Shown here one piece after another: positions 48,235-58,745 of a stretch of DNA of 64,000 bases. The notes under the pieces were generated by a model. It made no database searches. It saw nothing but the letters and a program-made list of their open reading frames with translations, and was not told where the DNA came from. The stretch comes from Candidatus Latescibacterota bacterium. GTDB taxonomy: Bacteria; Latescibacterota; UBA2968; GCA-2709665. The stretch lies in contig CAXXXF010000016.1 in assembly GCA_963667175.2 (NCBI GenBank), forward strand, positions 192,001 through 256,000, read 5' to 3'. The translations under genes were made by a program, and so were the position numbers. The stretch's first letter is position 1; every line of letters begins with the position of its first letter.

Positions 48235-49449
48235 CTATGGATCGGGTGGCGTTGAGTAAATTACCTTCAACATGGGACTATGGAACACAACCCAGTTGAC
48301 GTTCCAGTTCCGGCGGTCGGAAATCGGGGTGCTCAACGCGAGTCCAAGATTGCGCGTCGTCCCGGAGAGCCAGCCCTGAACGAGGGTCTGGTCCATGGCG
48401 TAAGACGCCTTCTGCGCGTCGAATCGCCACGAATTGACGACGGAGAACGTTGTGTCTCCGGTGGCCGAGTCCACGTTGATCCGTTCGACTGAAAACGTAA
48501 ACGTCTCGAACATCGACTGCGAACGGTCGTAGTTCAACCGCAACTCAGAAGACGTAACGGTCGCACCCCGCGGAATGCTGTCCGGAAGATCGAAGCGGAA
48601 AACCGGACTTAGCCTTACAATCGTAGAGAGGACCAGCATCCCCGGCTCGGGTCCGTCCCTCGCCGCCCAGTATGTATCCTCCGACGCATCCGCCACATAG
48701 GTGTAGGAGTTGCCGCCTGTCGAATACGTTATACTCAATTCCGGCAGCCTGTCGGCACTTTCAGGCCGGGCGTCGTCCCGGGAGACCAGACTCGTAAAAA
48801 ACCGTGAGCCCGCGGCGGGCTGCAGCAGCAGGTCGACCGACGCGGCCTCTGGATTCTCAAGCATTCTGGACGTGACGTACTCCGGCGGTAGTTCGATCTG
48901 TATCAGACTGTCGCCCGGAGACGAGACTGCCGCTCCGTCGATCGGGGATGACGCAAACGTCACGGCGGTATGATTGACCGTATCGGCAAACGCGTCCAGC
49001 TCATCCCACGACTCTTCCGGACGGTGTACCTGCAGGTCCTCGATCCCTCTCGTGAGCTCACGCTTCCAGATTCGCAACCGGACGGAGTGAACGTCCGGAG
49101 TCGCGGCGCCGGAAGCCGCCGAAACCATGGAATCCGGATCCAGGCTGATCCGTATCAGAGACCTGAGCGCGATACCGCCCATCCGGCCGACCATCAGCGT
49201 GTCGCTCTCACCGAACGCACGACTGAACGTACCCTCGAACCTTGTCGAGCCACCCCGGGACGGCAGCAGCGGAAGTTCCACCACCCTGCCTTGCCCGCGA
49301 GCAACAAGATCCGAACCGACCGGATTCTCCTGTCTGTCGCCGCAGCCCGGCAACAGCGCCCCAATCAGCATGATCGTCAAGTGTTGCCGGCGACACATGC
49401 GCGCACACCTCGCGATTTCGCGCTTGCCGGTAATTGTTGTCTTCCTCAT
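48235..49449 (-). CDS. Hypothetical lipoprotein; start probably downstream of the ORF start
   Basis: LLPGC lipobox then NPVG; directly upstream of the barrel gene. Confidence 0.65.
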   Translation of the reverse strand: MRKTTITGKREIARCARMCRRQHLTIMLIGALLPGCGDRQENPVGSDLVARGQGRVVELPLLPSRGGSTRFEGTFSRAFGESDTLMVGRMGGIALRSLIRISLDPDSMVSAASGAATPDVHSVRLRIWKRELTRGIEDLQVHRPEESWDELDAFADTVNHTAVTFASSPIDGAAVSSPGDSLIQIELPPEYVTSRMLENPEAASVDLLLQPAAGSRFFTSLVSRDDARPESADRLPELSITYSTGGNSYTYVADASEDTYWAARDGPEPGMLVLSTIVRLSPVFRFDLPDSIPRGATVTSSELRLNYDRSQSMFETFTFSVERINVDSATGDTTFSVVNSWRFDAQKASYAMDQTLVQGWLSGTTRNLGLALSTPISDRRNWNVNWVVFHSPMLKVIYSTPPDP

Positions 49450-49492
49450 CCTGTAACGCTCGATGCGGCAAATCGTTCCTGCGCGCCGGGAT

Positions 49493-50020
49493 TCAATGGA
49501 CCCGATCGATCAAGATGTCGGCCTGCTGTTCACCCGCGGCAATCGGATTCTTCGCGCAGGCGCCCTCCATATCGCCGGGCTGCGGGCCTACGAAACCGTC
49601 CCGGTCGATTTTGGCCACCATGTACATTTCGGGAATCTCCGCCAGTACGATTCCGTCTCCGAACATTCGCGCCACGTCTGACTGGGTGAGGGTATACTCG
49701 TACGGAAGCGCGGGCATCGGAATCCGCTTGAGGGCATACGGCGGTCCTCCGTCGGGCCGCTCGCGCGCGATGATAAACAAATAGGCGCCGGCCGGTACGT
49801 TGCGCCGCAACTCCCGTTCGATCCGGATGGTTCCCCGTACGGTCTTTCCCCCGGGTTCTTCGGATGGCACTCGGACCGTCGCCACGGGAGGATGCCCCGC
49901 CGGCAGGGCCGGCCGCCGCGGTTTCGGCGGTGGATGCGCACCTTCCTCGTAGTGCTGATCGCAAGCGCAGATAAACAGCAACCCTGCCAGACTTACCAGG
50001 ATACGATTGCTAGACGTCAT
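49493..50020 (-). CDS. Lipoprotein resembling the CcmI/CycH C-terminal domain
   Basis: ICAC lipobox; LPAGHPPV; LFIIAR..GGPPYALKR; PQPGDMEG. Confidence 0.6.
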   Translation of the reverse strand: MTSSNRILVSLAGLLFICACDQHYEEGAHPPPKPRRPALPAGHPPVATVRVPSEEPGGKTVRGTIRIERELRRNVPAGAYLFIIARERPDGGPPYALKRIPMPALPYEYTLTQSDVARMFGDGIVLAEIPEMYMVAKIDRDGFVGPQPGDMEGACAKNPIAAGEQQADILIDRVH

Positions 50021-50093
50021 GCGTCCATGCCGGGCAAAAAAACGGGCCGGACTGGCAAGAGCCGGACCGAAGACACCCAATGAAAACTTCGCG

Positions 50094-50873
50094 TTAACGG
50101 GCGTGCGCGCCTGCGAAGATTTCCTCTTCCGTCATCGTCAGAAGCGCCGGTTCGTCATCGGTGACCGCCACGACGTGTTCGAAATGCGCTGAAGGCAAAT
50201 TATCTCTGGCAGACGCCGTCCATCCGTCGTCGGCGAGTACGACCTCGGGTCTTCCAAGGTTGACCATTGGTTCAACCGCGATGACGATTCCCCGCCGCAG
50301 GCGCGGGTTTTTTTCCAGTGGCACGTAGTTCGGCACCGCGGGGTCTTCGTGAAGATTGCGTCCGATCCCGTGCCCGACGAACTGGCGCACCACGGAAAAT
50401 CCGTGTGCCTCCACCCACTGCTGGATGGAACCGCAAACGTCCTCGAGGCGGCTGCCTTCCCGAGCTCCTTCGATACCCTTGAATAGAGATTCCCGCGTTA
50501 CCCGTATCAACTTCCGGATTTCGGGCGCCACGTCGCCTATGGTATAAGAGATCGCCTGATCTCCGTAGTATCCCATCAGTCTGGCGCCGATATCGATGCT
50601 GACAAGGTCGCCTTCCCGAAGTTCCCGCTCTCCGGGTATCCCATGTACGACCTGTTCATTGACCGAGATACAGGTGGCCGCGGGATATCCGTGGTACCCT
50701 TTAAAGGCCGGAGATGCGCCGTGATCGCGAATCAGTTCCTCCGCGACCCGATCCAGACTCGACGTCGGGACTCCTGGTCGAACCCATTCCCACAGAGCCC
50801 GATGCGCAAGCCCGACAATCCGGCAGGCGTCGCGGATTTTCTTCAATTCCCGTTTCGAGCGGAGCGCGATCAA
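50094..50873 (-). CDS. map: Type I methionine aminopeptidase
   Basis: CISVNEQVVHGIP, IDIG, GHGIG, HEDP, EPMVN, SAHFEH. Confidence 0.96.
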   Translation of the reverse strand: MIALRSKRELKKIRDACRIVGLAHRALWEWVRPGVPTSSLDRVAEELIRDHGASPAFKGYHGYPAATCISVNEQVVHGIPGERELREGDLVSIDIGARLMGYYGDQAISYTIGDVAPEIRKLIRVTRESLFKGIEGAREGSRLEDVCGSIQQWVEAHGFSVVRQFVGHGIGRNLHEDPAVPNYVPLEKNPRLRRGIVIAVEPMVNLGRPEVVLADDGWTASARDNLPSAHFEHVVAVTDDEPALLTMTEEEIFAGAHAR

Positions 50874-50995
50874 ACTCTCACCTGTAGCCGATGGGGACGC
50901 TGGTCGTGTGCCGAAGGGTCTAATTTAACAAAAAGTAATATAAAAACAAGCACTGAAGGGCTTTCCAGGCGGATGGTCGGTTCCCAGCGCGGCGA

Positions 50996-53428
50996 TCACG
51001 AAAGGCCGAAATAAATCGCAAAAATCAGGAAGTCCCGAAAGTCGACGAAACCGGTGCCATCCAGATCGTATTTCGGGCTCTCCGTGCCGAATGCTCCTGC
51101 GAAAGCAATGAAATCGGCAAAATTGACGGCGCCGTCTTTGTTGAAATCCCCTTTTAACGTCTTGCCGACAGTCCATTTGTGTTCCGCCGACTCCTGACCG
51201 GCCGAGACGACGACAGCGACCTCCTCGTCCGCTTCGGTGGCGGAAACCGAGAACAGGAGCGACGGACCCGTCTCATCCACGGGAACGCCGTCTACTGACC
51301 ATGCGTAACGCAGTACATCACCGTCCGGGTCTTCAGCCCTCACCGAAAAGCGAAGTGTTTCCCCCTGCGCGCCAAAGACCAGACTACGAGAGGGATCGGT
51401 CTCCCGAATCGCGGGCGGGCGGTCGACATTCGTCACACGGATGTTCACGTTGACGTGAACCTGATTGGGGCCGTCGCTGACCTGGAATCGGACCTCGTAA
51501 GTCCGGTCGCCCTGATCGTATCGAGGCGTCCAGGTGAAGCGGTTTTCATCCAACTTCGCCCCTGCCGGGAGATTTTCGGCCGTAAATTCCAGATCGTCGC
51601 CTTCTTCGTCTTCCGCATCGATGAGAATTGCCAGCGGCCGCCCTTCCGCGATCGTGGTATCGGCAATTCCGGCGATCACAGGGGGCAGGTTTCCCGTTAC
51701 GGTCCGGCCGAAGACCACCCAGGCGACGGAGGGCGATGCGCCCGTCTCGGTCGCGGATACCTCGACAACTGTGGCGCCTTTCCCGATGGCTGTGATTTCG
51801 ATCGAGTCCACTTCAGTGGTAAAGGATGAGAGCTTATCCTGCCCGGGCACCGCCACCGTCCTATCGCCGCTTGTGCGCCTGACAGCCCAGGTTATCCCCG
51901 CACCGCCGCCGCCGCGGGCGACCACGTTCACCCGGTCTGCGTCTGCCGGCAGGCGGGCGAACGGAACCCCGAAACCACCTGCGCTAAGCCTCAGCGGCCG
52001 TGTTCTTCCATCAGTCGATTCGACTTTTGAAATCGTGTAGTCGTAGACGAAATCCTGCCCTTCCAGTGCGTCTGAGATCGGTACAAATACGATATTGTCG
52101 TACTGTCCGGCGTCCGGGATCTCCAGCTTTGTGCCCACAGGGCGCAACAGCCCGACCCCGTCGGAATCGATCAGCATTGCCCAGAACTGCCAGCTTCCCC
52201 CGCCAGCAAGAGCGAATTCGGCCCGAATCCCGCCTTGCAGACCCTTCGTCACGACCTGAACGTATTCCGAGGCCAGATGGTCGACCGTGCCGGAACCGGA
52301 AGCCAGGTCGCTCACTGTCAGCGTGGCGGTTCTGACCGCCGCCGCAGGCTTATAGAAGTCGCCCTCTTCGTAAAATCCGTCACGGAAGCGGGTTCCGGTG
52401 AAATAGTTCCATATCACGTAACCCGCCAGCGTCTCCGAAAAGCCGCCGGCGGGCATTAGCGGATCCAGTTTCCTGATATCGTACACTGTGGAATTCCGTT
52501 CGCCCAGCCCCTCCCAGGTCTGCCTGACGGTCTTTCTCCCGAACGTCTGATCCAGGTAATGCACGTACACACAGGCGCCATACTGATGCCCGTCCGCCAG
52601 GCTGGGTTGCCAGTCGAGGGAAACGTCGGGCGCCTCAAGAACGAAGCGGATGTACTGAAAATAGTCGTTCACGTCGTCGTAGGCCACGTCTTCCATCCAG
52701 GTTGCCGTCGCTTCGTGCCACCACGTCAGGTCTCGTGCGTTATAGGCGAACTGTACGGCGTGGAAGAACTCGTGCGCCACGGTGACATGGAGTCCGTTCA
52801 GCCCGCGTGTCGCATAGATCCTGTCCGTGTAGTTGTTGTCGACGGTCAGATAGGCCGCGGTCACGGAATCGGGCAGTTTTTCGGGCCAGGTCTGCCCGTA
52901 CACACCCCGGGTTCCCAACTGCTGAATATAGACGTCGAAGCGTCCGTCGCCGTCATCGAGTGGAACGCGGTACCCGAGATCGTCGATCTGAAGCGCCCAG
53001 GTGGCATCGAACGTCGCCGCCACCTCCTGCACGTAGTCCGGAACCCCATTTCCGTCGGCGTCGTTGGGCGCCACGGCATGCTGACCCCTCACGTCGTAGT
53101 GGACGAGGAAACGGCCGCCCGGAGAGACGATGCTGTCCGCCATCGCGGGCCTTTGAAACACATGAGCGAACGCCTGTTGTGTGTTCTTGCTCAGCCTGGG
53201 CCATTGGGTGGCCAGGGCCATGATTGCGGGTGTTCCGCAAATCGCACGGTGATGAAAATAGGGGCTGTCCATCGGCAGCAGATCGGGCCTGAAAATCGCG
53301 GCCGACCGGTTGAAGAGTTCGACTTCCAGATCACGCGGCAGCGGCGTCAGATTGGGCGGCGTTTCGGCAGATGCCTCGACCCCGCCCATCAGGATGAAAA
53401 CCATGAATACGCGAGTTGACCAATTCAT
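50996..53428 (-). CDS. Secreted zinc metalloprotease (MXAN_6640-like) with Ig-like domains and EF-hand/dockerin-like tail
   Basis: Signal peptide; CGT; AHEFFHAVQ..WWHEATATWMED; FTWTP; DFNKDGAVNFADF and DLDGTGFVDFRDF. Confidence 0.85.
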   Translation of the reverse strand: MNWSTRVFMVFILMGGVEASAETPPNLTPLPRDLEVELFNRSAAIFRPDLLPMDSPYFHHRAICGTPAIMALATQWPRLSKNTQQAFAHVFQRPAMADSIVSPGGRFLVHYDVRGQHAVAPNDADGNGVPDYVQEVAATFDATWALQIDDLGYRVPLDDGDGRFDVYIQQLGTRGVYGQTWPEKLPDSVTAAYLTVDNNYTDRIYATRGLNGLHVTVAHEFFHAVQFAYNARDLTWWHEATATWMEDVAYDDVNDYFQYIRFVLEAPDVSLDWQPSLADGHQYGACVYVHYLDQTFGRKTVRQTWEGLGERNSTVYDIRKLDPLMPAGGFSETLAGYVIWNYFTGTRFRDGFYEEGDFYKPAAAVRTATLTVSDLASGSGTVDHLASEYVQVVTKGLQGGIRAEFALAGGGSWQFWAMLIDSDGVGLLRPVGTKLEIPDAGQYDNIVFVPISDALEGQDFVYDYTISKVESTDGRTRPLRLSAGGFGVPFARLPADADRVNVVARGGGGAGITWAVRRTSGDRTVAVPGQDKLSSFTTEVDSIEITAIGKGATVVEVSATETGASPSVAWVVFGRTVTGNLPPVIAGIADTTIAEGRPLAILIDAEDEEGDDLEFTAENLPAGAKLDENRFTWTPRYDQGDRTYEVRFQVSDGPNQVHVNVNIRVTNVDRPPAIRETDPSRSLVFGAQGETLRFSVRAEDPDGDVLRYAWSVDGVPVDETGPSLLFSVSATEADEEVAVVVSAGQESAEHKWTVGKTLKGDFNKDGAVNFADFIAFAGAFGTESPKYDLDGTGFVDFRDFLIFAIYFGLS

Positions 53429-53500
53429 CAAGTGTATTCGACCTCTGCGTAGCGGCATTGGGACGCTTGACGGCGCATCGTACGCGTCACGTCGGCGGCG

Positions 53501-54178
53501 TCACGTACCCTGTTCCGTGGTGGATACGTAGATGCTGTCCGAAACGTTGACGCCCACCACGTGCTGAACGTTCCCTTCCAATGCGATGGTCATTGGACCG
53601 TTAAACGGCGCCCGTTCCCGGACAATTAGCGTCACGCCCGGCCGCAAACCCAACGCGCCCAGATACCTGAGCATTTCCGGATTCTGGTCGTTCACCTGAA
53701 CGATCACGACCGTCGCGCCGGCCTCCACCTGGGTCAGAGGCACACAGTCCGTACTCTCTATGTTTCCATCCTTTGTTGGTATCGGCGCACCGTGAGGGTC
53801 GGTGGTGGGATGCCCCAGCACCCGGTCGATCTTGTCCTCGAACTCTTCCGAAATCACGTGTTCGAGTCTGTCTGCCTCCGCGTCGACTTCGTCCCAGTCG
53901 TAGCCCAATGCGTCGGCGAGATACAGTTCCAACAGACGGTGATGTCTCAAGACTTCCAGAGCAACGGCTTCTCCCGCCGGCGTGAGTTCGACTCCCTGAT
54001 ACGGCGTGTGCTGAACCAGGTTCATCTCCGCAAGCTTTTTTATCATATTCGTCGCGGAGGCCGCCGCCACCTCCATCCGTTCCGCGACCAGCGACGTATT
54101 TACGGTGGACCGGGGCTCATGCCCGTGCTGCAGCTTGTAGATGGACTTCAGATAGTCCTGCGCGGCCTGGCTGAGCAT
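53501..54178 (-). CDS. DtxR/MntR family metal-dependent regulator
   Basis: QDYLKSIY, RHHRLLELYL, EADRLEH, DPHGAPIP, C-terminal FeoA/SH3 domain. Confidence 0.93.
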   Translation of the reverse strand: MLSQAAQDYLKSIYKLQHGHEPRSTVNTSLVAERMEVAAASATNMIKKLAEMNLVQHTPYQGVELTPAGEAVALEVLRHHRLLELYLADALGYDWDEVDAEADRLEHVISEEFEDKIDRVLGHPTTDPHGAPIPTKDGNIESTDCVPLTQVEAGATVVIVQVNDQNPEMLRYLGALGLRPGVTLIVRERAPFNGPMTIALEGNVQHVVGVNVSDSIYVSTTEQGT

Positions 54179-54294
54179 ATGTTCCCTTTCCCGGGTACTC
54201 TTTTGCGCGGCGAGCGGTAATCCGGTGGCGTCAGCGGCAACACTGCCGCTGAACCACGTTCCCGATGAACGGCCGATCCAGGCCCGCCCCTGCC

Positions 54295-55731
54295 TCATCC
54301 GGACACCAGCCGCCAGACCTGCGCCACGAGAAAGCAAAGCAGGAAACCCATTCCAACCGGGAGAAGCGATGCAAAGGACGTCCACTTTGCGCTTCTCGTT
54401 TCCTTCCAGATCGTGTAGATCGTGGTTGAACATGGATTGTGCACGAGACTGAACAGCATCAGATTGACGGCCGTGAGCAGATTCCACCCGCCTGACGCGA
54501 AAATCCCGGCGATCGCAGCGTCGGAGTCCAGCTCAAACATCACGCCCGCTCCCGTGCCCAGTCCGGTCAACTTCGCGCTAAGAACCGTCAACATCAGTAT
54601 GGTGGGAATTACGATTTCGTTCGCCGGGACGGCAATGACGTAGGCCAGCAGAATGACGCCGTTCAGACCGATAAGCAGACCGAAAGGCTGGCTCCAGTTG
54701 ATAAAATGCTCCGCGAGGCTGAGCCCGCCGATGAGAATATTGGAACTCAGCCAGATGGCCGCGCCGGCGGGAATTGCAAAGATCACGGCGCGCCAGAGCA
54801 CAATCAGCGTTCTGTCGATGATGGACGTATAAACGGTCTGTAACACGCGGGGCGGCCGATACGGAGGGAGTTCCAGGCTGAACGCGGAAGCTTCTCCCCG
54901 AAGCACGGACCGGGAAAGCCCCCACGATACGACAAACGAGAGCAGGACGCCAAGCACCGCGACACCCACGACCGCTCCGGCCGACACCAATCCCGCGAAA
55001 TGAGCCGGCGCCAGTCCGCCGATAAATATCGTGGCCACCAGGATCTGGGTGGGCCAACGTCCGTTGCAGAGAGAAAAATTGTTGGTTATAATTGCAATGA
55101 GCCGTTCTCTGGGACTGTCGATCACCCGGGTGGACACGATCGCCGCGGCGTTGCAGCCGAATCCCATACTCATTGTCAATGCCTGTTTGCCGTGCGCGCC
55201 GGCTCTCTTGAACCACCCATCCAGATTGAACGCGACCCGGGGCAGATAACCGAAGTCTTCCAGAAGCGTAAACAACGGAAAGAAAATCGCCATGGGCGGC
55301 AACATCACACTCACGACCCACGCCATGGCCAGATACATGCCATCCACCAGAAGGCCGTTGAGCCACCACGGCATTCCGACAGCGGCGGCCAACGATTTCA
55401 AGGTCGGGTGAAGGGTATCGATCAGGAGGCTCGCAAGCATCGCGGAAGGCACGTTCGCGCCCTCAATTGTAAGCCAGAACACCAGCGTCAGGATGGCCAG
55501 CATGATGGGGAAGCCCAGCCAGCGGCTGGTAACCAGACGGTCGATTGTCCGGTCCAGATCGAACCGGGCGCCATCTCCGGTTCGGATGACGGCGCGATCT
55601 GCGATCTGGGCCGCGTTCGCGTAGAGCGCCTCCATTAACGAATCGTGGAAATTGGACCCCACTTCCCACCGCAACTTCGCGGCCAATCGAATCAACTTCT
55701 CGGGACGCTGATTCGGGGTTGGTACACTCAC
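54295..55731 (-). CDS. feoB: FeoB membrane (gate) domain as a separate protein
   Basis: [37 protein letters not shown]; GTG start overlaps the upstream TGA. Confidence 0.88.
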   Translation of the reverse strand: MSVPTPNQRPEKLIRLAAKLRWEVGSNFHDSLMEALYANAAQIADRAVIRTGDGARFDLDRTIDRLVTSRWLGFPIMLAILTLVFWLTIEGANVPSAMLASLLIDTLHPTLKSLAAAVGMPWWLNGLLVDGMYLAMAWVVSVMLPPMAIFFPLFTLLEDFGYLPRVAFNLDGWFKRAGAHGKQALTMSMGFGCNAAAIVSTRVIDSPRERLIAIITNNFSLCNGRWPTQILVATIFIGGLAPAHFAGLVSAGAVVGVAVLGVLLSFVVSWGLSRSVLRGEASAFSLELPPYRPPRVLQTVYTSIIDRTLIVLWRAVIFAIPAGAAIWLSSNILIGGLSLAEHFINWSQPFGLLIGLNGVILLAYVIAVPANEIVIPTILMLTVLSAKLTGLGTGAGVMFELDSDAAIAGIFASGGWNLLTAVNLMLFSLVHNPCSTTIYTIWKETRSAKWTSFASLLPVGMGFLLCFLVAQVWRLVSG

Positions 55732-56537
55732 GCCGTCACCTCTTCTTCCTGCCGCGGCATTCGGTCCAGGTCGCCCAATTCACCCGAACACACCGCTTCT
55801 ACAATCCGAGCGTCGCCTTCGAGAAGGCGCAGCGCCACCCACCGGGTGTTCGGCACGTTGGGAAATTCTTCCTGAAGCTGCGCCACGAGCTTGCCAACGG
55901 CCTTCTTCAGTGCCGGCGGTTCGTTTCGGATGCGTTGCGGCCTGCAGACCGTTCGCCCCGTCGCCACGTCGCTCAGGACCCGTGTCAGTTCGGAAATGCC
56001 TTTGCCGCGGCGGGCCGCCGCAGGTACCACGGGAACGCCCAGGTCTCGCGCCAGTCGTCGTTCGTCCACGGAAAGCCCCTGACGATTGGCCTCGTCCATC
56101 AGATTCAGGCAGACCACCGCCCGGTCGGTAATTTCCAGTACCTGCAGGACGAGATTCAGATTCCGCTCCAGCCGCGCGGCGTCCACGACGACGACCGTGA
56201 CGTCCGGCCGCCCGAAAAGGATAAAATCCCGCGCCACTTCCTCGTCCAGACTGGTGGACAACAGCGAGTACGTTCCCGGAAGATCCACGAGTTTGTACCG
56301 GTGGCCGTCGTAAGCGAAACCGCCTTCCGCACGGACGACCGTCTTGCCTGGCCAGTTTCCGGTATGCTGCCGCAGTCCGGTCAGGGCATTGAATACCGTG
56401 CTCTTCCCGGTATTCGGATTTCCCGCCAGCGCAACCACAAAATCCCAATTCGCCATATTCACGCCGAGCTTGATCAGGTTGCCCGAGTGATGGGCCGGGC
56501 AAACGTCGCAGCCTCCGGCAGGCATCTGCTTTTCCAT
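55728..56537 (-). CDS. feoB: FeoB GTPase domain as a separate protein
   Basis: [27 protein letters not shown]; N-terminal CDVCPAHH. Confidence 0.9.
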   Translation of the reverse strand: MEKQMPAGGCDVCPAHHSGNLIKLGVNMANWDFVVALAGNPNTGKSTVFNALTGLRQHTGNWPGKTVVRAEGGFAYDGHRYKLVDLPGTYSLLSTSLDEEVARDFILFGRPDVTVVVVDAARLERNLNLVLQVLEITDRAVVCLNLMDEANRQGLSVDERRLARDLGVPVVPAAARRGKGISELTRVLSDVATGRTVCRPQRIRNEPPALKKAVGKLVAQLQEEFPNVPNTRWVALRLLEGDARIVEAVCSGELGDLDRMPRQEEEVTA

Positions 56538-56589
56538 GGATATCGCCTCCGCTCGATTCCGTTCATTCGGGAGCAGAAGATGGTGACCC

Positions 56590-57615
56590 TCATTCCCCGA
56601 GTTGAACCTGAATCTGAACCTGATTTGCCTGTTCCTCTCGAAGCGCAATGGTGGAACCGCGAATCCGATACGCGGTCGGATCCCCCGAAGGGCTGCGCAT
56701 CTCCACTTCGATCCGGGTTCCCGGAAGGATTCCCAGATCCATCAGCCGACGGCGTTCCAGACCGCGGCATGACCTGGAGAGTTGCACGACACGGCCGACT
56801 TCGCCCTGTTTAAGGCCGGACAGCAACTCATCGGACGCTTCGCCTTCGGCCCCGTCGGATACGGGGGTGACCGAAATATGGTCGGCCAGCAGAGGAGCCA
56901 GCACATGTTCCTCGCCATCGGCCCAGAACCGTACGCGTTGAGGAAGGATCTCGATCGGTTCGATGCGCATCCCCACGTGCAGACCCTCCGCCGCCAACTG
57001 GGCATAGACGGGTTCCGGTTCGTCTTCAATGTGAACAATCGTCGCGGCAACGCCGACGGGGTGTTCGGTCAGGTGCGTGCCGCGTTTGGGCGCGATATCT
57101 CCGGCCTCGGTCGGGATCGGGTCTCCGTGCGGATCATAGGTGGGATACCCCATCTGCCTGTCCAGCCGTTCCACCTCATCGGACGACATATCGTGCTCCC
57201 GGCGTTCCGCCTCGCTGTGCCACTCCGCTTCCGCCACCCCGGTCCGTTCCGCCAGATAGTGCTCCCAGAGCCGGTGAAACCGCAAGATGCGAAGCGCATA
57301 ATCCCGGCCCTGTGTCGTAAGTCGGACACTGCCGCCGTCGGTGGCGGCCAGCCCGAGCCTGGCCGCGCGTACCAGCAAGTCGGATGCGCGGCTGCGCGGA
57401 ATTCCCAACGCCCCCGACAGACTCTCCACGGTGGCGTCCTGTTGCTGATACTCGCAATTGTAGATATGTTTCAGGAGATCTTCCGTCAGTACTCGTTCGG
57501 TCAGCCGACGAGCCTGCCGCCAGCGAAGAAAAACCCCTGAATCCGGCCGGAACAGAAACCACGCAGTTGCCAGAAATGTGCCTGCGATCACCAGCGCCTG
57601 GAGGGGATCGATCAT
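56590..57615 (-). CDS. DtxR-like regulator with N-terminal TM helix and two FeoA/SH3 domains
   Basis: Hydrophobic residues 5-22; EDLLKHIY; HRLWEHYL; DPHGDPIP; RRRLMDLGILPG..GDPTAYRIRGSTIALR. Confidence 0.85.
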   Translation of the reverse strand: MIDPLQALVIAGTFLATAWFLFRPDSGVFLRWRQARRLTERVLTEDLLKHIYNCEYQQQDATVESLSGALGIPRSRASDLLVRAARLGLAATDGGSVRLTTQGRDYALRILRFHRLWEHYLAERTGVAEAEWHSEAERREHDMSSDEVERLDRQMGYPTYDPHGDPIPTEAGDIAPKRGTHLTEHPVGVAATIVHIEDEPEPVYAQLAAEGLHVGMRIEPIEILPQRVRFWADGEEHVLAPLLADHISVTPVSDGAEGEASDELLSGLKQGEVGRVVQLSRSCRGLERRRLMDLGILPGTRIEVEMRSPSGDPTAYRIRGSTIALREEQANQVQIQVQLGE

Positions 57616-57659
57616 TTCACCTTTCTCGTTGTCCGGATCGATTATATTTAGATAAAAAA

Positions 57660-57705
57660 ATGTTTAGTCCTGCCTAAACATAAACAGGGAAGTCGATATT
57701 GTCAA
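57660..57705 (-). promoter_or_regulatory. Sigma70 promoter with overlapping DtxR/MntR-type operator
   Basis: TTGACA-17 nt-TATGTT; palindrome ATGTTTAG-N6-CTAAACAT at 57660-57681. Confidence 0.8.
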
Positions 57706-57895
57706 ATAAACAATGTAACTGTGCGGCGGCGGCGGCGGAACGTCAGGGCGTTGGATGACGTTGTGCTCGGCGACCGCGGAACGATGTCTGCCTGCGTCAC
57801 CGCTTCATCTCCATGCCGACAAACAGACTGCGCCCGGCAGAACGGCTCCGGGCGACCTCCTCCGTCCACGTGCCACGGTCCGACGACAACGCCTT

Positions 57896-58379
57896 CTATC
57901 CCTCCCTATCGACGGAGTCCTTTTCGAACTCCCGTTCTCCAAAGAACCTCAATACTTCCATGAAGCGGTCGGGCGGATGAAATCCGGGCATCTTGTAGAG
58001 CAGCGTCCCGTCCGGTTCCAGGAACAACACCGTGGGAAACCCGCTCACGTTGTAGACCTGCGCCAGTTCGGCGAAACTCAGGTCGTGACCCGCAATCGTC
58101 AATCGCGACCCGGTGTCTTCCGCGTTCAGCTTGACGGGAATGAACTTCAATGCCAGGTACCTGCGGATATCTTCCCTGGAAAACACCTGACGGTCCTGTC
58201 TTTCGCACCAACCGCACCACGTCGTATAGACGCCAACCATCATCAGCTTCTCCTCCACCCGCCGCCTTCCGGAAGCCGTCATTGGCGTTGTACCACCTGA
58301 ATGAATCTTCCTCCTTCGCGACGGCGAGTCCGGCGAACAGGAACCCAAACCAACTACCGATCCGGAGAATGCGTTTCAT
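57896..58379 (-). pseudogene. Periplasmic thioredoxin (SoxW-like), frameshifted near 58259 (or sequencing error)
   Basis: Signal peptide frame and WCGWC/GFPT frame join if one G is removed at 58258-58260. Confidence 0.8.
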
Positions 58380-58745
58380 AAAGTGAACTCCCGTTGGCGA
58401 TCCATGCCGTGCAGGTTAGCGTTCGATCAAGCGAAATGGGGGTTCGAGACGTTACATTGTCATCAAGTTACGGGACCCGTATGCGCCGGGCAACCGCGAA
58501 AATTCCCGATAGCGCCTGCGGACGTGACCAAAAAGACGTTGCGGTGACCGGACAATGGGCAGATATTTCCATAACACCGCGGGCCCGCGCGACCTCTGAA
58601 CGGGCGAAGTGAAGTCTGCCGCTTCGGCGGACGCCGCGGAGCAATTCCACCAGGTCCCGGGCGAAGGGCAGGTACAGGAAGGTTCGCGGCGCCGGTCCCA
58701 ACGCCCGCCCCGGTCTTAAGCGCCGAAAACTCCGAGGGTATCCAA

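Noticed and set aside
55728-55731. feoB split as another sequencing frameshift
   Set aside because: Junction has a GTGA stop/start overlap and RBS, not a G-run indel; kept as natural pending a read check
57722-57738. (GCG)5 microsatellite
   Set aside because: Short, intergenic and unremarkable in GC-rich DNA
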